A stretch of 64,000 nucleotides of DNA from Cyanobacteria bacterium QS_4_48_99 (GTDB taxonomy: Bacteria > Cyanobacteriota > Cyanobacteriia > Cyanobacteriales > Rubidibacteraceae), in contig PXPT01000182.1 of the NCBI GenBank assembly GCA_003021505.1, positions 531-64,530 of the forward strand, given 5' to 3'. The translations under genes were made by a program, and so were the position numbers. This document shows, in pieces, positions 30,878 to 41,721 of the stretch (position 1 is its first letter; each line of letters starts with the position of its first letter). The notes beneath the pieces were generated by a model. That model ran no database searches and was not told where the DNA came from. It saw only the letters and a program-made list of their open reading frames with translations.

Positions 30878-30957
30878 AGACGCGACTTACGCACCTGTCT
30901 TCCAACCCCCCAATTTGGGGGGCTAAATAATGGCAAATTTCATTTGACACAGAAGTT

Positions 30958-32574
30958 TTACCACCAATCTTGTTGGCGATGCGAATCGGTTTCCTTGTCT
31001 TCCCAGTCTTGTTGGTGACGTGAGTTGGTTGGTTCGTCTTCTTCATCTTCTTCTTGAGAGTTCTCTGTCAACGGTTTGACAACCCGTTCAATCGCTTCTT
31101 GCACGAAAGCCTTGATAAATTCATCTCTGCGGTTTAACTGAAACTGTCGCTGCACTACTTCACTCATCCCGCCGTCTCCCCAATCTTGATCTCGGCGGAA
31201 GTATTCCATAAAACTCTTTCCGGCAATCCAGGTTAAGTAAGCGGCTGTCACCCCTTCAATTGCTTTACCGACGACATAGGTGGCAACGGCGAATTCCAGT
31301 GCTGCGGAGAAAATTTCGATTGCTCCCTTAACCACTCCCAAACCGACTAGCGTTCTTCCCAGAGATGACGCCAACTCCCGTGCCTGGGACCAATCCAATT
31401 CGCAGCCATAGACTTTGCCAATTTCAATGATCATTTGGGCATTCACCGCCGTGCTTCCCAACATATCCACAACGGGAATAGGCGTTGCCGCAATTACTCC
31501 AGCACTTGCCCACTGATAGCGCTGGATTACTTTCTCTGCCTGTCGTTGCCGCTGCCCGTCAATCAGGTTGCGGGCTTCTTCGCCTAGGCGTTGGGACTGG
31601 AGTAAAATATTATCAGCAATGAGGTTTTCACCTTCGTCTCGTAGAATCTCCGCAAGGCGCTTGATTAAAGGTATAACATCAATGTCTGGCTGGATCACTT
31701 CGCCAGTTTCGACGGTGGCAGGCTGAGGATTGGCGGCAGTGGAGACAACATCTTCAGAGGCAATATAGGCTTGGAGGTGATCGCGCAATTTCGCTAAAAT
31801 TATTTCCTTATCTCGATCATTATAGAGATCCGTTTTGTTGAAAACTAGTAGCGATCGCTTCCCAATCTCTGCTAACCTTTGCAGTGGTTCGTATTCCGAT
31901 TGCCGCAGGTCATTATCAATAACAAATAGCAACAAGTCTGCTTCTGTTGCCAATTGCCGCGCTGACTGTTCTCGCTGCGTTCCAGTAACTCCTGCTTCCA
32001 GAATCCCCGGCGTATCCGTAATCAGAATTTGCCGCTCTAATCCTTCTAACTCCAGGCTGTAAGTCTCCCCAACCTGCGTCGTTCCCATGGGGGCACTCAC
32101 TTCACCACCCATTCCCCCTAGCAGTGCATTGACTAGGGAAGTCTTTCCCGCAGAACCCGTGCCAAACACTACCACTCGTAGTTCTCTACGGGAAAAACTC
32201 GCTTCAATCTCTTGGGAACGTTCTAGCAGTGCTTGCTGTGCCACTTCATCTTGAATCTGGCTGACTTGTTGCCGTAATGCCTTGAGGGTAGCCCCCGCTG
32301 CCTCAGTTTTGGACTCTGGGGCACTCACCTGATTACGCCGCCGCCTCCTTTTGCGAGAATGCCCTCTTCGCCGACGGGATGACCGATTGAAATAGTAGTA
32401 AACTGAAGCAGCGATTAGTAATCCGAATAGGGTGATCGCTAAAAACAGCAGCAGATTGACCAACAGAGGAGGTGCTGTTAGGTAGAGTTGCGAAAAAGCA
32501 GAAATCAGCCAGATAATCAGTCCCAAAATGAGACTGAGAGCAAGAAGGTAAATCAAAAGGCGCGGTGAGGGCAT
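30958..32574 (-). CDS. membrane-anchored GTPase with a C-terminal DUF697-like domain
   Basis: N-terminal TM helices and a polybasic stretch, P-loop GTGSAGKTSLVNAL, then DTPG and NKTD motifs. The hydrophobic C-terminal region resembles DUF697. Confidence 0.72.
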   Translation of the reverse strand: MPSPRLLIYLLALSLILGLIIWLISAFSQLYLTAPPLLVNLLLFLAITLFGLLIAASVYYYFNRSSRRRRGHSRKRRRRRNQVSAPESKTEAAGATLKALRQQVSQIQDEVAQQALLERSQEIEASFSRRELRVVVFGTGSAGKTSLVNALLGGMGGEVSAPMGTTQVGETYSLELEGLERQILITDTPGILEAGVTGTQREQSARQLATEADLLLFVIDNDLRQSEYEPLQRLAEIGKRSLLVFNKTDLYNDRDKEIILAKLRDHLQAYIASEDVVSTAANPQPATVETGEVIQPDIDVIPLIKRLAEILRDEGENLIADNILLQSQRLGEEARNLIDGQRQRQAEKVIQRYQWASAGVIAATPIPVVDMLGSTAVNAQMIIEIGKVYGCELDWSQARELASSLGRTLVGLGVVKGAIEIFSAALEFAVATYVVGKAIEGVTAAYLTWIAGKSFMEYFRRDQDWGDGGMSEVVQRQFQLNRRDEFIKAFVQEAIERVVKPLTENSQEEDEEDEPTNSRHQQDWEDKETDSHRQQDWW

Positions 32575-32972
32575 GAGATTGTCTCTTACTTATCGTTATG
32601 GGCTGATGGGGAGAGACTTTTAGGATAAATGATTAGACGGAGTGGAGCTAAAATAGCCGCCCATATTTCAGGCTAGGGGTTATAATTCCAGCTTGGACTC
32701 AATCAGAATTTCTCCCTTACGTACACTTGGGCGTATATATCAGCAGCCTTTCTCTGTTCTTTTTAGTTGCGTAATTACTAAGAATTTCAGCATTTCAAGC
32801 TTTCCTATTGCCTTGTAACAGAGAAGTCATTCTCTATCATTAGCTAGAAGCAGGTTTAAAAATTATGTGAGATTTTCTTCTAGAGTAAGCATTAAACGCT
32901 TTTTATGCGAGAGGCTAACACTAGCCTACACTACTGCCCAAGCTTAGAAATCGTAAAAATGGAGTAAAAAAA

Positions 32973-33494
32973 ATGAGCCTATTCGACCAAATTCGCGGAG
33001 CCATTGATAATCCCAACCAGCAAGCAAGTTCTAGTCAGCTAGGGACTATACTCGATGCCGTACAGCAGTTAAGTAGCAACCATAATACCGATTCGAGTAC
33101 CGTACAATCTGCTGCTTCGATTGTCGGCAAATATGTTCGCTCTTCTCTCCAACAAAAGCGAGAAAGTAGCGGGGAACAGCAAGCACAGGAAGCAATCAAT
33201 CAATATAGCGGCACGGGTTCTAGCGATCAAGCCGTTCAGTCGCTCTTTAGTGATTCCCAAATCCAGCAGATTTCGCAAGAGGTGGAAAAAAGGACAGGGT
33301 TAAGTGCTGAGACAGTTCCATCAATGTTGCCGAAGCTAGTTCCTTTGGTGCTGAAATTCCTCGGAAGTGGCAGCAACACTCAGAATCCCCAAGGTTCCCA
33401 CTCCGTGCTTAGTGGCTTTTTAGATGTCAATGGTGATGGCGAGACTGACTTCAAAGACGCGATGCAAATGGCATCCCGCTATCTCAACCGCTAG
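32973..33494 (+). CDS. hypothetical protein (DUF937-like; EF-hand-like DVNGDGETD loop)
   Basis: 173-aa Ser/Gln-rich ORF. The N-terminus MSLFDQIRGAI resembles DUF937 proteins, but support is weak. Confidence 0.45.
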   Translation: MSLFDQIRGAIDNPNQQASSSQLGTILDAVQQLSSNHNTDSSTVQSAASIVGKYVRSSLQQKRESSGEQQAQEAINQYSGTGSSDQAVQSLFSDSQIQQISQEVEKRTGLSAETVPSMLPKLVPLVLKFLGSGSNTQNPQGSHSVLSGFLDVNGDGETDFKDAMQMASRYLNR

Positions 33495-33622
33495 CCTTTG
33501 TGGAAGGATGATGCTCAGGGAGGGGAGCAGGGGGAGCAGAGGAAGAAACCTTTAAACTGCAACCTGCAACGCCCTTGTGATACGGGAATTGAGGGAAATT
33601 TTCTTGCAAATAAAAGGCAAAT

Positions 33623-34630
33623 ATGAAAATCATCTTTTTTGGTACGCCGCAGTTTGCCGTGCCCAGTTTGGAACGCTTGCTAGAGCATCCAGAAATGGAA
33701 GTTATCGCCGCTGTCACCCAACCTGATAAGCCGAAAGGACGCGGCAAGCAACTAACGCCCTCACCTGTCAAAAAAGTTGCCTCAGCGCATCAATTACCTG
33801 TCTGGCAGCCCAAGCGAGTGAAAAAAGATGCCGAAACTATTACCCAGCTCAAGCAGGCTCAGGCAGATGCCTTTGTGGTAGTTGCCTATGGGCAGATTCT
33901 CTCTCAAGAAATTCTCGATGTCCCCAAGCTTGGCTGTATCAACGTTCACGGTTCGCTTTTGCCCAACTATCGCGGCGCGGCACCGATTCAGTGGTGTCTC
34001 TATTACGGCGAGGCAGAAACAGGCATCACGACAATGTTGATGGATGCGGGAATGGATACTGGAGATATGCTGCTGAAAATCCGTACTTCTGTGGGGCTGT
34101 TGGAAAATGCCGATACCTTGGCTCAGAGGTGGGCAGATTTGGGAGGGGATTTGCTGCTCGAAACCTTGCTGAAGCTAAAAGAAGGAAAAATTCAGCCTAC
34201 TCCCCAAGATGCCTCGCAAGCGAGTTATGCACCGCCGATTCAAAAATCGGATTATGCGATTGATTGGTCACGTTCTGCGATCGCGATCCATAATCAGGTA
34301 AGAGGATTTTTCCCAAACTGCGTGGCATCACTACGCTCCCAAACCTTAAAAGTTCTTGCCACTGTTCCCCTAGCAGAGGCTTATTCCTCTGAACTTCCCC
34401 CAGAACTCCAGTCCCTAGCACAGAAATGGAGCGATTTATCTGCGGCGGCTGGGCATCCCGGAGAAGTTGTCAGCATTATTAAGAAGATGGGACCAATTGT
34501 GCAAACTGGCGAGGGGCTTTTGCTGCTAACAGAAGTGCAGCCGAGTGGCAAGCGTCCTCAATCGGGTGGGGATTTTGTCAATGGGATGCGCCTGTCTGTG
34601 GGAGAAGTGTTAGAGAACGGGGGTTACTAA
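33623..34630 (+). CDS. fmt: methionyl-tRNA formyltransferase
   Basis: [39 protein letters not shown] and the C-terminal EVQPSGKR block. Confidence 0.95.
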   Translation: MKIIFFGTPQFAVPSLERLLEHPEMEVIAAVTQPDKPKGRGKQLTPSPVKKVASAHQLPVWQPKRVKKDAETITQLKQAQADAFVVVAYGQILSQEILDVPKLGCINVHGSLLPNYRGAAPIQWCLYYGEAETGITTMLMDAGMDTGDMLLKIRTSVGLLENADTLAQRWADLGGDLLLETLLKLKEGKIQPTPQDASQASYAPPIQKSDYAIDWSRSAIAIHNQVRGFFPNCVASLRSQTLKVLATVPLAEAYSSELPPELQSLAQKWSDLSAAAGHPGEVVSIIKKMGPIVQTGEGLLLLTEVQPSGKRPQSGGDFVNGMRLSVGEVLENGGY

Positions 34631-34882
34631 ATCAAAAAAAGTACAGACACGAGATTTCGCGTCTGTGGTTTCGTTGTTATTCTCTAGCTCTCTGTCACCA
34701 ATATTCTCTAGCTTTCGCTCACCAGTACTGTCTATCTCCTGCTCATCGGTACGGTTGGATTCGTTGATGAGCGGGGTTCTTATCGCTACAGAATTTTGTG
34801 CTGTTGCCTGTGCCATGGCAGCAGGCGCTAGCGCCCCAGACATTAGCAGAACCGATAAACTCCCGAAAATTATGCGTTTCAT
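34610..34882 (-). CDS. small secreted hypothetical protein
   Basis: 90 aa with a clear signal peptide ([26 protein letters not shown]). Its 3' end overlaps the fmt stop by 21 nt. No homology recognised. Confidence 0.4.
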   Translation of the reverse strand: MKRIIFGSLSVLLMSGALAPAAMAQATAQNSVAIRTPLINESNRTDEQEIDSTGERKLENIGDRELENNNETTDAKSRVCTFFDLVTPVL

Positions 34883-35060
34883 TAGTGAACTGTAAAAATA
34901 ATTACAGTTTTTATCATATCTAGTATGGTAAAATCACAATTATTTACGCAGGACTATTCCTTAGGACTGATGTTCTGTGGTCATCACTCACTAATTTCAC
35001 CCGCAAGAGGTGATCGCACTCGCTACAGAACAGAAGTGAGCTATCCTGGAGGTAGTGATC

Positions 35061-35152
35061 GCAAACCAGTTATGCGCCGCTGATTCAAAAACGCGATTAT
35101 GTAAATTGAAGGGAAGTGCAGCCGGGTGGGAGAGGTGCTAGAGAAGGGTTAG
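35061..35152 (+). pseudogene. decayed partial copy of the fmt 3' region
   Basis: 35061-35112 matches fmt 34216-34267 (~80% by eye). 35113-35130 matches 34532-34548 (16 of 17). 35128-35152 matches the last 31 nt of fmt, including a stop codon. Confidence 0.7.
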
Positions 35153-35634
35153 TTGTCTGCGGGTTCGTAGAAGCGGCAGCCCTGGCAAGGCCCTTCCGGA
35201 TTCACTGCACAGCGTATGATTTCAGAATTTGCATTGAAACGACAGCTCGCATCACCAATCACCCAGCGTCCCTCAACATAGCTTCTTTCTGTCGGGATTT
35301 GAATGGACTGCACGTAGAGAGAAACCTTATGCAAATAATAGCCACCAACTTTGTATTGATAATGGTGGTGGCGTTCTAAAACAGCGTAGGTTTGACCTTT
35401 TAAATCGAAATGACTGCCTGGTTGGTATTTTGCATCGAGTGGAACTGTGCCCAGGGACTGGCGCGGATGGGAGAGAATAACTTCAGTTGAGGGAGAGCCT
35501 GGCTCCATATGCGGTGTTGTGTTTGGAACTACACTAACCGATGGTAGCGCGATCGCCCTGGCAGCGAAGCATTCACAGTTACAGAAATTCCTAAAAACTT
35601 GCACTAGATCTAAATTTGCGTCCGAGTGACGCAC
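35149..35634 (-). CDS. conserved hypothetical protein with a Cys-rich C-terminus
   Basis: The 161-aa ORF ends in CRFNANSEIIRCAVNPEGPCQGCRFYEP. The true start may be the internal Met (MEPGSPST...). Confidence 0.5.
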   Translation of the reverse strand: MRHSDANLDLVQVFRNFCNCECFAARAIALPSVSVVPNTTPHMEPGSPSTEVILSHPRQSLGTVPLDAKYQPGSHFDLKGQTYAVLERHHHYQYKVGGYYLHKVSLYVQSIQIPTERSYVEGRWVIGDASCRFNANSEIIRCAVNPEGPCQGCRFYEPADN

Positions 35635-35683
35635 AGAGGCGATCGCTTCTAAGATTATTTGTAGCAGATATTAACACCAAAAA

Positions 35684-36565
35684 ATGAAAAAAATTAACCG
35701 AGTTGCCATAGTAGGAGGAACCCACGGAAACGAATTTACTGGGGCATACCTCGCTAAAAAATTTGACAAGTTCCCCGAAATTGTCAAAAGAGACAGTTTT
35801 GAAACCCTAACTTTGCTGGCTAACCCAAAAGCTTTGCAAGCCGTGAAGCGATATGTTGACCAAGATTTAAATCGCTGCTTTGCGAGCAAAGACCTTCAAA
35901 ATCCTAGCCTAAATGGATATGAACCAAACAGAGCCAAAGAAATTAATCAAATGCTAGGCCCCAAAGGCAATCCTAAATTTGATTTTATCCTAGATTTGCA
36001 CACCACCACGGCTAACATGGGGCTAAGTTTTATATTTGTCCGCAATGACCCCTTTAACTTAAAATTAGCCGCCTATCTGAGTTCTATTGACCCCTCCTTA
36101 AAAGTTTACAGTTGGATCGATCCAGGCAAAGAGCAAAACTTTATCAACTCCATATCCGAGAAAGGCTTTGCGATCGAAATTGGTCCCATTGCCCCAGGAA
36201 CGCTCAAAGCAGATATATTTCAAAAAACCGAAAAGCTAACGCAGGCAGTTCTAGATTATCTAGATAAATATAATCAAGGACAAATTCCCGATGAAAAAAT
36301 GCCCCTAACGGTTTATCAACATTGCAAGTATCTTGACTACCCCAAAACCGCAGCGGGAGAACTCAATGGCATGATTCATCCCCAGCTTCAAGGCAGAGAC
36401 TACGAAGAGCTTCAGCCAGGCGATCCCTTATTTTTAACCCTCGATGGAAACACAATTTACTACGAACAAGAAAAGCCACTTAATCCTGTATTTATTAATG
36501 AAGTCGCTTACTACGAGAAAGGAATAGCTATGTGTTTAACTAAAAAAGAGCAAATTTATGTCTAG
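35684..36565 (+). CDS. aspartoacylase / succinylglutamate desuccinylase family zinc hydrolase
   Basis: VAIVGGTHGNEFTGAYL and DLHTTTANMG motifs. Confidence 0.85.
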   Translation: MKKINRVAIVGGTHGNEFTGAYLAKKFDKFPEIVKRDSFETLTLLANPKALQAVKRYVDQDLNRCFASKDLQNPSLNGYEPNRAKEINQMLGPKGNPKFDFILDLHTTTANMGLSFIFVRNDPFNLKLAAYLSSIDPSLKVYSWIDPGKEQNFINSISEKGFAIEIGPIAPGTLKADIFQKTEKLTQAVLDYLDKYNQGQIPDEKMPLTVYQHCKYLDYPKTAAGELNGMIHPQLQGRDYEELQPGDPLFLTLDGNTIYYEQEKPLNPVFINEVAYYEKGIAMCLTKKEQIYV

Positions 36566-36568
36566 AAG

Positions 36569-36592
36569 GGGCGAGCCGCCAGCTCGCTTTTA
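36569..36592. terminator. hairpin terminator between the convergent aspartoacylase and hsp genes
   Basis: gcgagc-cgcca-gctcgc followed by ttttaaaa. Confidence 0.5.
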
Positions 36593-36607
36593 AAACCGCA
36601 ACTTATC

Positions 36608-37120
36608 CTACACCGTGGCAGGTTCCGATTTGTCCGACTCCCAGACATCCTCAGTTTCGCTTCCTTCCAGCTTAGTATCAGGTTCAGCTACATTCACCTT
36701 AACCACGCGATTTTGGGCAGTCTTGACCTTGGGCATGGTTAGGGTTAGGATTCCATTCTGGAACTCTGCTTGCAGCTGGTCATTGTGGATAGCAACAGGT
36801 AAGTTCAACACGCGCTCAAACCTACCGTAACGGAACTCAGTGCGGCGAGAGCCTTTCTGTTCGCCCTGATTATTGTCGAGATGCTCGCCCTTAATTGCTA
36901 CTGCCTGACGGCTGACGCGCACATCGAGGTCTTTGCCTTCCACACCAGGCAACTCTGCTCTCAGGAGGAGACTATTTTCAGTATCTTCTAGTTCCACCGC
37001 AGGCTTCCAACCGATTTTTCTTTCGTCGCGGTTCGCATTTGCTAGCCCATCAAATAGTTGATCCATTTGACGACGTATTGTTTCCATTTCTTGAGACGGT
37101 TGCCAACGAATTAATGTCAT
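36608..37120 (-). CDS. hspA: Hsp20/alpha-crystallin small heat-shock protein
   Basis: Alpha-crystallin domain (PAVELEDTENSLLLRAELPGVEGKDLDVRV...GILTLTMPK). Confidence 0.9.
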   Translation of the reverse strand: MTLIRWQPSQEMETIRRQMDQLFDGLANANRDERKIGWKPAVELEDTENSLLLRAELPGVEGKDLDVRVSRQAVAIKGEHLDNNQGEQKGSRRTEFRYGRFERVLNLPVAIHNDQLQAEFQNGILTLTMPKVKTAQNRVVKVNVAEPDTKLEGSETEDVWESDKSEPATV

Positions 37121-37418
37121 TTTGAACTTCCTCTGCTTGCTTTATCGATTCATCAAAATTTACTTAGTACACTTTTATAATGCCAAAGCTTGACTCCAGA
37201 AGCAGTAGGGAAAACCGCAATTTTACAGGCGGGTTCCCAGTCCTCTGTTGTTGGTATTACTCGTTTAGGTAACAACCCCAACGCGCGGGAAGTGAACCAT
37301 ATGATTTCCTGGATCACAACCATTTGAATACCAAGTGCTGCTTGCCGAGGAGATGTTACAGATTTTATAGTTTTGTATGCTTCTTTGGGTAGCGCATCAG
37401 AGCCTTGCGGTAGACTAA

Positions 37419-37721
<303 letters not shown>

Positions 37722-37770
37722 CAGAAATTGTCGCCCAAGGCTTGCAATTAAAACCAAGAAATTCGCACAT

Positions 37771-37799
37771 AGAGAGAGGCGTTTGCCCTCTCTTTTTTT
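37771..37799 (+). terminator. Rho-independent terminator of psaC
   Basis: agagagaggc-gttt-gccctctct followed by tttttt. Confidence 0.75.
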
Positions 37800-37855
37800 G
37801 TTAAATAATGATACTTTTTACTAAAAACGTCGCTTCGCTCCTAGCGGTTTTGGTT

Positions 37856-37908
37856 AAAGGGGAAGGGGCAAAAGGGGCAATATTTCCTTTACCCTTTGTC
37901 CTTACCCA
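37856..37908. repeat. short STRR-like hairpin (GGGGAAGGGGCAAAAGGGGC / CCTTTACCCTTTGTCC)
   Basis: 'aaaggggaaggggcaaaaggggcaatatttcctttaccctttgtcc'. Confidence 0.6.
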
Positions 37909-38003
37909 GCAACTACTGCGAAGTTTATTCTTGACGTTGGAACAGCTTACTCATTACTTTGAAGCAAACAGTATTGATACGAACATTAGGAGTGGGTGGT
38001 TAC

Positions 38004-39902
38004 ATGTGTGGAATTGTTGGCTACATCGGTACCCAAGCCGCAACAGAGGTTTTGATGGCAGGGTTAGAGAGGCTAGAGTATCGAGGTTATGACTCCGCTG
38101 GCGTGGCGACAGTTTCAGAGGGTAAAGTTCACTGCGTCCGAGCCAAGGGAAAACTCCACAACCTGCGCGACAGAGTAGAACAAGAACAAAATCCCGCACA
38201 GATGGGAATTGGACACACCCGCTGGGCAACTCACGGGAAGCCAGAGGAACACAACGCCCATCCTCACATGGATCTGGCAGGGCGAGTGGCAGTGGTGCAA
38301 AACGGCATTATCGAAAACTATCGTCAGTTGCGCGAGGAACTCCAAAGCAAAGGACATAAGTTCGTCTCCGATACTGATACAGAAGTAATTCCTCATTTAA
38401 TTGCGGAATGCTTATCCGTTTGCGAAGAAACCTCTCTGTTCCCTTCTCCCTTACTAGAAGCAATCCGACAAGCGGTAAAGCAGCTTAAAGGGGCATTTGC
38501 GATCGCTGTGATTTGTGCTGACTATCCCGATGAGCTAATTGTGGCACGAGAGCAAGCACCGCTAGTGATTGGTTTAGGGCAAGGAGAATTTTTCTGTGCC
38601 TCGGATACGCCTGCCCTAGTGCCTTCTACCCGTACCGTGCTGAAGCTGGAGAACGGGGAACTAGCACGGATGACTCCCCTAGGAGTAGAAGTATGCAACC
38701 AAGAAGGTGATCGCCTCCGGAAAGCCCCCCGCACCCTCGACTGGAATCCGGTACTCGTGGAAAAGCAGGGGTTCCGCCACTTCATGCTCAAAGAAATCTA
38801 CGAGCAACCAGGGGTGGTGCGTACCTGTTTAGAGGCATATCTCAACGAAGATTGGCACTCGCAAGAAGCTCCAAGCTCCAGCCCTATCAATCTCAATTTA
38901 TCGCCTGCTCTGTATGAGAACATCGAACAAGTTCAAATTCTTTCCTGTGGCACGAGTTGGCATGCCAGTCTCGTCGGGAAACACTTGCTAGAGCAGCTTG
39001 CAGGAATTTCCACCATAGTACAATATGCCTCGGAGTTTCGTTACGCTCCCGCACCGATTACTGCCAACACCCTCACCATTGGAGTTACCCAATCTGGGGA
39101 AACTGCCGACACCCTCGCCGCCCTGGAAACGGAAAAACGGCGTCGCACTGGGCTAGCATCCCAGTTTCAGCCGCAACTGCTCGGCATCACTAATCGAGTA
39201 GAAAGTTCCCTGGCTCAGATGGTGGATTACCTCATTGACACTCACGCCGGAATTGAAATTGGTGTAGCAGCAACCAAAACCTTTACTGCCCAGCTTTTAG
39301 GATTTTACTGTCTAGCGCTAGATTTGGCTGCTCGCCGTCAAACACTGCCGCCAGCGCAAATCTCAGAAATTCTCGATAGCTTGCGTCAGCTCCCCGCGCA
39401 AGTCGAACTCATTCTAGAAGGTCAACAAAGCTATATTGAAGAACTCGCCCAAGATTTTACCGAAACCCAAGACTTTATCTTTGTTGGACGCGGCATCAAC
39501 TTTCCTGTTGCCCTAGAAGGGGCACTAAAGCTCAAAGAAATCAGCTACATTCACGCTGAGGGTTATCCAGCAGGGGAATTGAAGCACGGTCCGATCGCCC
39601 TACTAGATGCCAAAGTACCAGTCGTGGCGGTTGCCATGCCCGGAATTGTCTACGAGAAAGTCCTTTCCAATGCCCAGGAAGCTCAAGCCCGCGATTCCCG
39701 CCTAATTGGCGTAACTCCAGTTAATGATCCCGAGGCGGGAGCGACGTTTGATGACTTACTGCCTGTGCCAGCCGTGTACGAATTACTCTCTCCTTTATTA
39801 GCAGTGGTTCCATTGCAACTATTGGCTTATTACATTGCAGCGCGGCGAGGATTGGATGTTGACCAGCCCAGAAACTTAGCAAAGTCGGTGACTGTAGAAT
39901 AG
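38004..39902 (+). CDS. glmS: glutamine--fructose-6-phosphate aminotransferase
   Basis: Starts MCGIVGYIG (catalytic Cys2), has two SIS domains and ends LAKSVTVE. The ATG at 38004 is preferred over the ORF-track start. Confidence 0.96.
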   Translation: MCGIVGYIGTQAATEVLMAGLERLEYRGYDSAGVATVSEGKVHCVRAKGKLHNLRDRVEQEQNPAQMGIGHTRWATHGKPEEHNAHPHMDLAGRVAVVQNGIIENYRQLREELQSKGHKFVSDTDTEVIPHLIAECLSVCEETSLFPSPLLEAIRQAVKQLKGAFAIAVICADYPDELIVAREQAPLVIGLGQGEFFCASDTPALVPSTRTVLKLENGELARMTPLGVEVCNQEGDRLRKAPRTLDWNPVLVEKQGFRHFMLKEIYEQPGVVRTCLEAYLNEDWHSQEAPSSSPINLNLSPALYENIEQVQILSCGTSWHASLVGKHLLEQLAGISTIVQYASEFRYAPAPITANTLTIGVTQSGETADTLAALETEKRRRTGLASQFQPQLLGITNRVESSLAQMVDYLIDTHAGIEIGVAATKTFTAQLLGFYCLALDLAARRQTLPPAQISEILDSLRQLPAQVELILEGQQSYIEELAQDFTETQDFIFVGRGINFPVALEGALKLKEISYIHAEGYPAGELKHGPIALLDAKVPVVAVAMPGIVYEKVLSNAQEAQARDSRLIGVTPVNDPEAGATFDDLLPVPAVYELLSPLLAVVPLQLLAYYIAARRGLDVDQPRNLAKSVTVE

Positions 39903-40109
39903 GAACCGAGTCGCTGATGGTGAGGCAATCGCATCTGGATTTGCATTGGGCGTGGGGTAACCGCGCCAGCTTCAGGAGGCAGAGGGCAGGTGTGGAATTG
40001 CTGCGTGCGCGATCGCTGTTGACAAAATCTTTCTAGCATTGCTGATGGTGAGGCGTGGCGTAATCACCTGGTATAATCGGGAAACTGCCTTGAGGAGTGT
40101 TCCCTCCCA

Positions 40110-40490
40110 TTGAAAACTGATCCCATATTCTATCGCCTCTTTTAAGCCTTTCCTGGTATCTTTAAAATTTTAATGCTCTACCTATTCAACTCAAAGCAGG
40201 TCGAAACGGTGAGAGAAACAGCCGGTATATTAGGAAAAGGTGAGGCCAATATTCACCGATGGCTTGCTCAATATAGAGAGGGAGGAATAGAAAATTTACT
40301 CAAAAATAGACAAACGATAGGAAGACCGAAAAAGTTATCCGTTGAAACCGCCTCTAAAATCCAACGATAACTGCAAGAACCAGAAGGATTTGCTAGCTAT
40401 AAAGAGATCGACTGTTGGCTGAGAGTTGTTCAAGGAGTATCGAGCAGTTATGGGACAGTTTATCATCTGGTCAAATTGGTGTACCCCACT
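40110..40490 (+). mobile_element. mobile-element graveyard: a nonsense-interrupted Rpn/PD-(D/E)XK-type 'KTDPIFYRLF' N-terminus fused to an IS630-family transposase N-terminal HTH remnant
   Basis: One frame reads (L)KTDPIFYRLF*AFPGIFKIL-MLYLFNSKQVETVRETAGILGKGEANIHRWLAQYREGGIENLLKNRQTIGRPKKLSVETASKIQR*LQEPEGFASYKEIDCWLRVVQGVSSSYGTVYHLVK. It has two in-frame stops and no DDE domain. Confidence 0.55.
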
Positions 40491-40567
40491 AAAAATGGCT
40501 ATAAAAAGAAGCTCCGCGGCAATTATCGCCTGCGGAGTCTGCTTTTATTTACTTTTATTTACTTCAG

Positions 40568-40641
<74 letters not shown>

Positions 40642-40709
40642 TCGCATTCATTACTATAGCAATTAAGTGACCTAATTTACAACTTTTCTGGCAATTTCTG
40701 GGCAAGCCT

Positions 40710-41663
40710 TCATAGTAGGGTGAGTTCCCCCGTCACCTCTAAGCGCTTGTGTTCGCTCAGACTCATAAACCGTTCCGAGAGCGTTTCGGAGACAGTGGGA
40801 GTAATCCAGCCCATTTGCTTCAAAATCTCAATTGCAACGGCATACTTAGCCCTTTTAGCACCATCACTCACCTTAATTGCCAATCCCATGCCCTCGCCAA
40901 TGCGACCTACGCATTGAACGCCTTCTGCTCCAGATTTACTAACCAGTTCTCCAGCAGTTAAGCGCATGAGTTCAGTATCAAACCTTTCCTCCCCTGCCAC
41001 CATAGTAGGGTAGTGAGTCATCGCTCGGACAATGCGTTCGAGATTCAAATTGTTTCCCGAGGCTAACTTGGCAAACAGCGTCGCCATTTGTGCCAACTGC
41101 ATGGAGTAAGTGGGGGCACCACAATCATCGCGAACGCCAACCAATTCCTCTGCTGGCATCTGTAGCAATTCTGAAACTTTACTCAAAATTAACTTCTGCA
41201 CGGAGCTAGTGTACCTTAAGTAGGTGTTGAGAGACCAACCGTAGTGCTGGCAGAGAGCTAGCATCCCAGCGTGTTTGCCAGAGCAATTGTGCTGCAGTGG
41301 GCTTCGTTTTCCTGGTGGGATGGGGCACTGTAGTTCTGCTGGGTCAATATCGGCACGCCAAAGGATATTAAAAACCTGTCGTGCTTGTTCGACGTTACCT
41401 TGATGAGAACTACAGATAATTGCTAGGTCTTTGTCAGTTAAGTGATAATGCTCTAGAGTAGCACTGGTGGCAACTGCTAGGGCTTGAAAAGGCTTAAGGG
41501 CGGAGCGGATAAATGCACCCGCATCAGAACTCCCTGCTACTGATAGTACGTGCCCCCGCTCATCGCAAACCGATACCTGAGCCCAATGCGTGGATTCGAC
41601 AAGGCCCTGGCGCAGCAAATGCACTTCCAGTTCCGGGGCTTGCGTTCGTTTTCCTCTTGCCAT
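40710..41663 (-). CDS. asparaginase (Asparaginase_II / Rhizobium-type family)
   Basis: 317 aa. The blocks ESTHWAQVSVCDERG..., RSALKPFQAL and CSGKHAGML are typical of this family. Confidence 0.78.
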   Translation of the reverse strand: MARGKRTQAPELEVHLLRQGLVESTHWAQVSVCDERGHVLSVAGSSDAGAFIRSALKPFQALAVATSATLEHYHLTDKDLAIICSSHQGNVEQARQVFNILWRADIDPAELQCPIPPGKRSPLQHNCSGKHAGMLALCQHYGWSLNTYLRYTSSVQKLILSKVSELLQMPAEELVGVRDDCGAPTYSMQLAQMATLFAKLASGNNLNLERIVRAMTHYPTMVAGEERFDTELMRLTAGELVSKSGAEGVQCVGRIGEGMGLAIKVSDGAKRAKYAVAIEILKQMGWITPTVSETLSERFMSLSEHKRLEVTGELTLL

Positions 41664-41721
41664 GCGTTAAGAATATCTCATTATTGTTTATCTGCTGCTG
41701 GGGCACTAGGCGTGCTTTTTG

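Noticed and set aside
30902-30922. cccccc-aattt-gggggg hairpin between the convergent aldehyde dehydrogenase and GTPase genes
   Set aside because: It could be a bidirectional terminator, but there is no U-tract on either strand, so I did not list it as a feature.
37722-38003. Possible glmS ribozyme or riboswitch upstream of glmS
   Set aside because: The interval is accounted for by the psaC terminator and a short STRR-like hairpin. I see none of the glmS ribozyme core, and that ribozyme is characteristic of Gram-positive bacteria.
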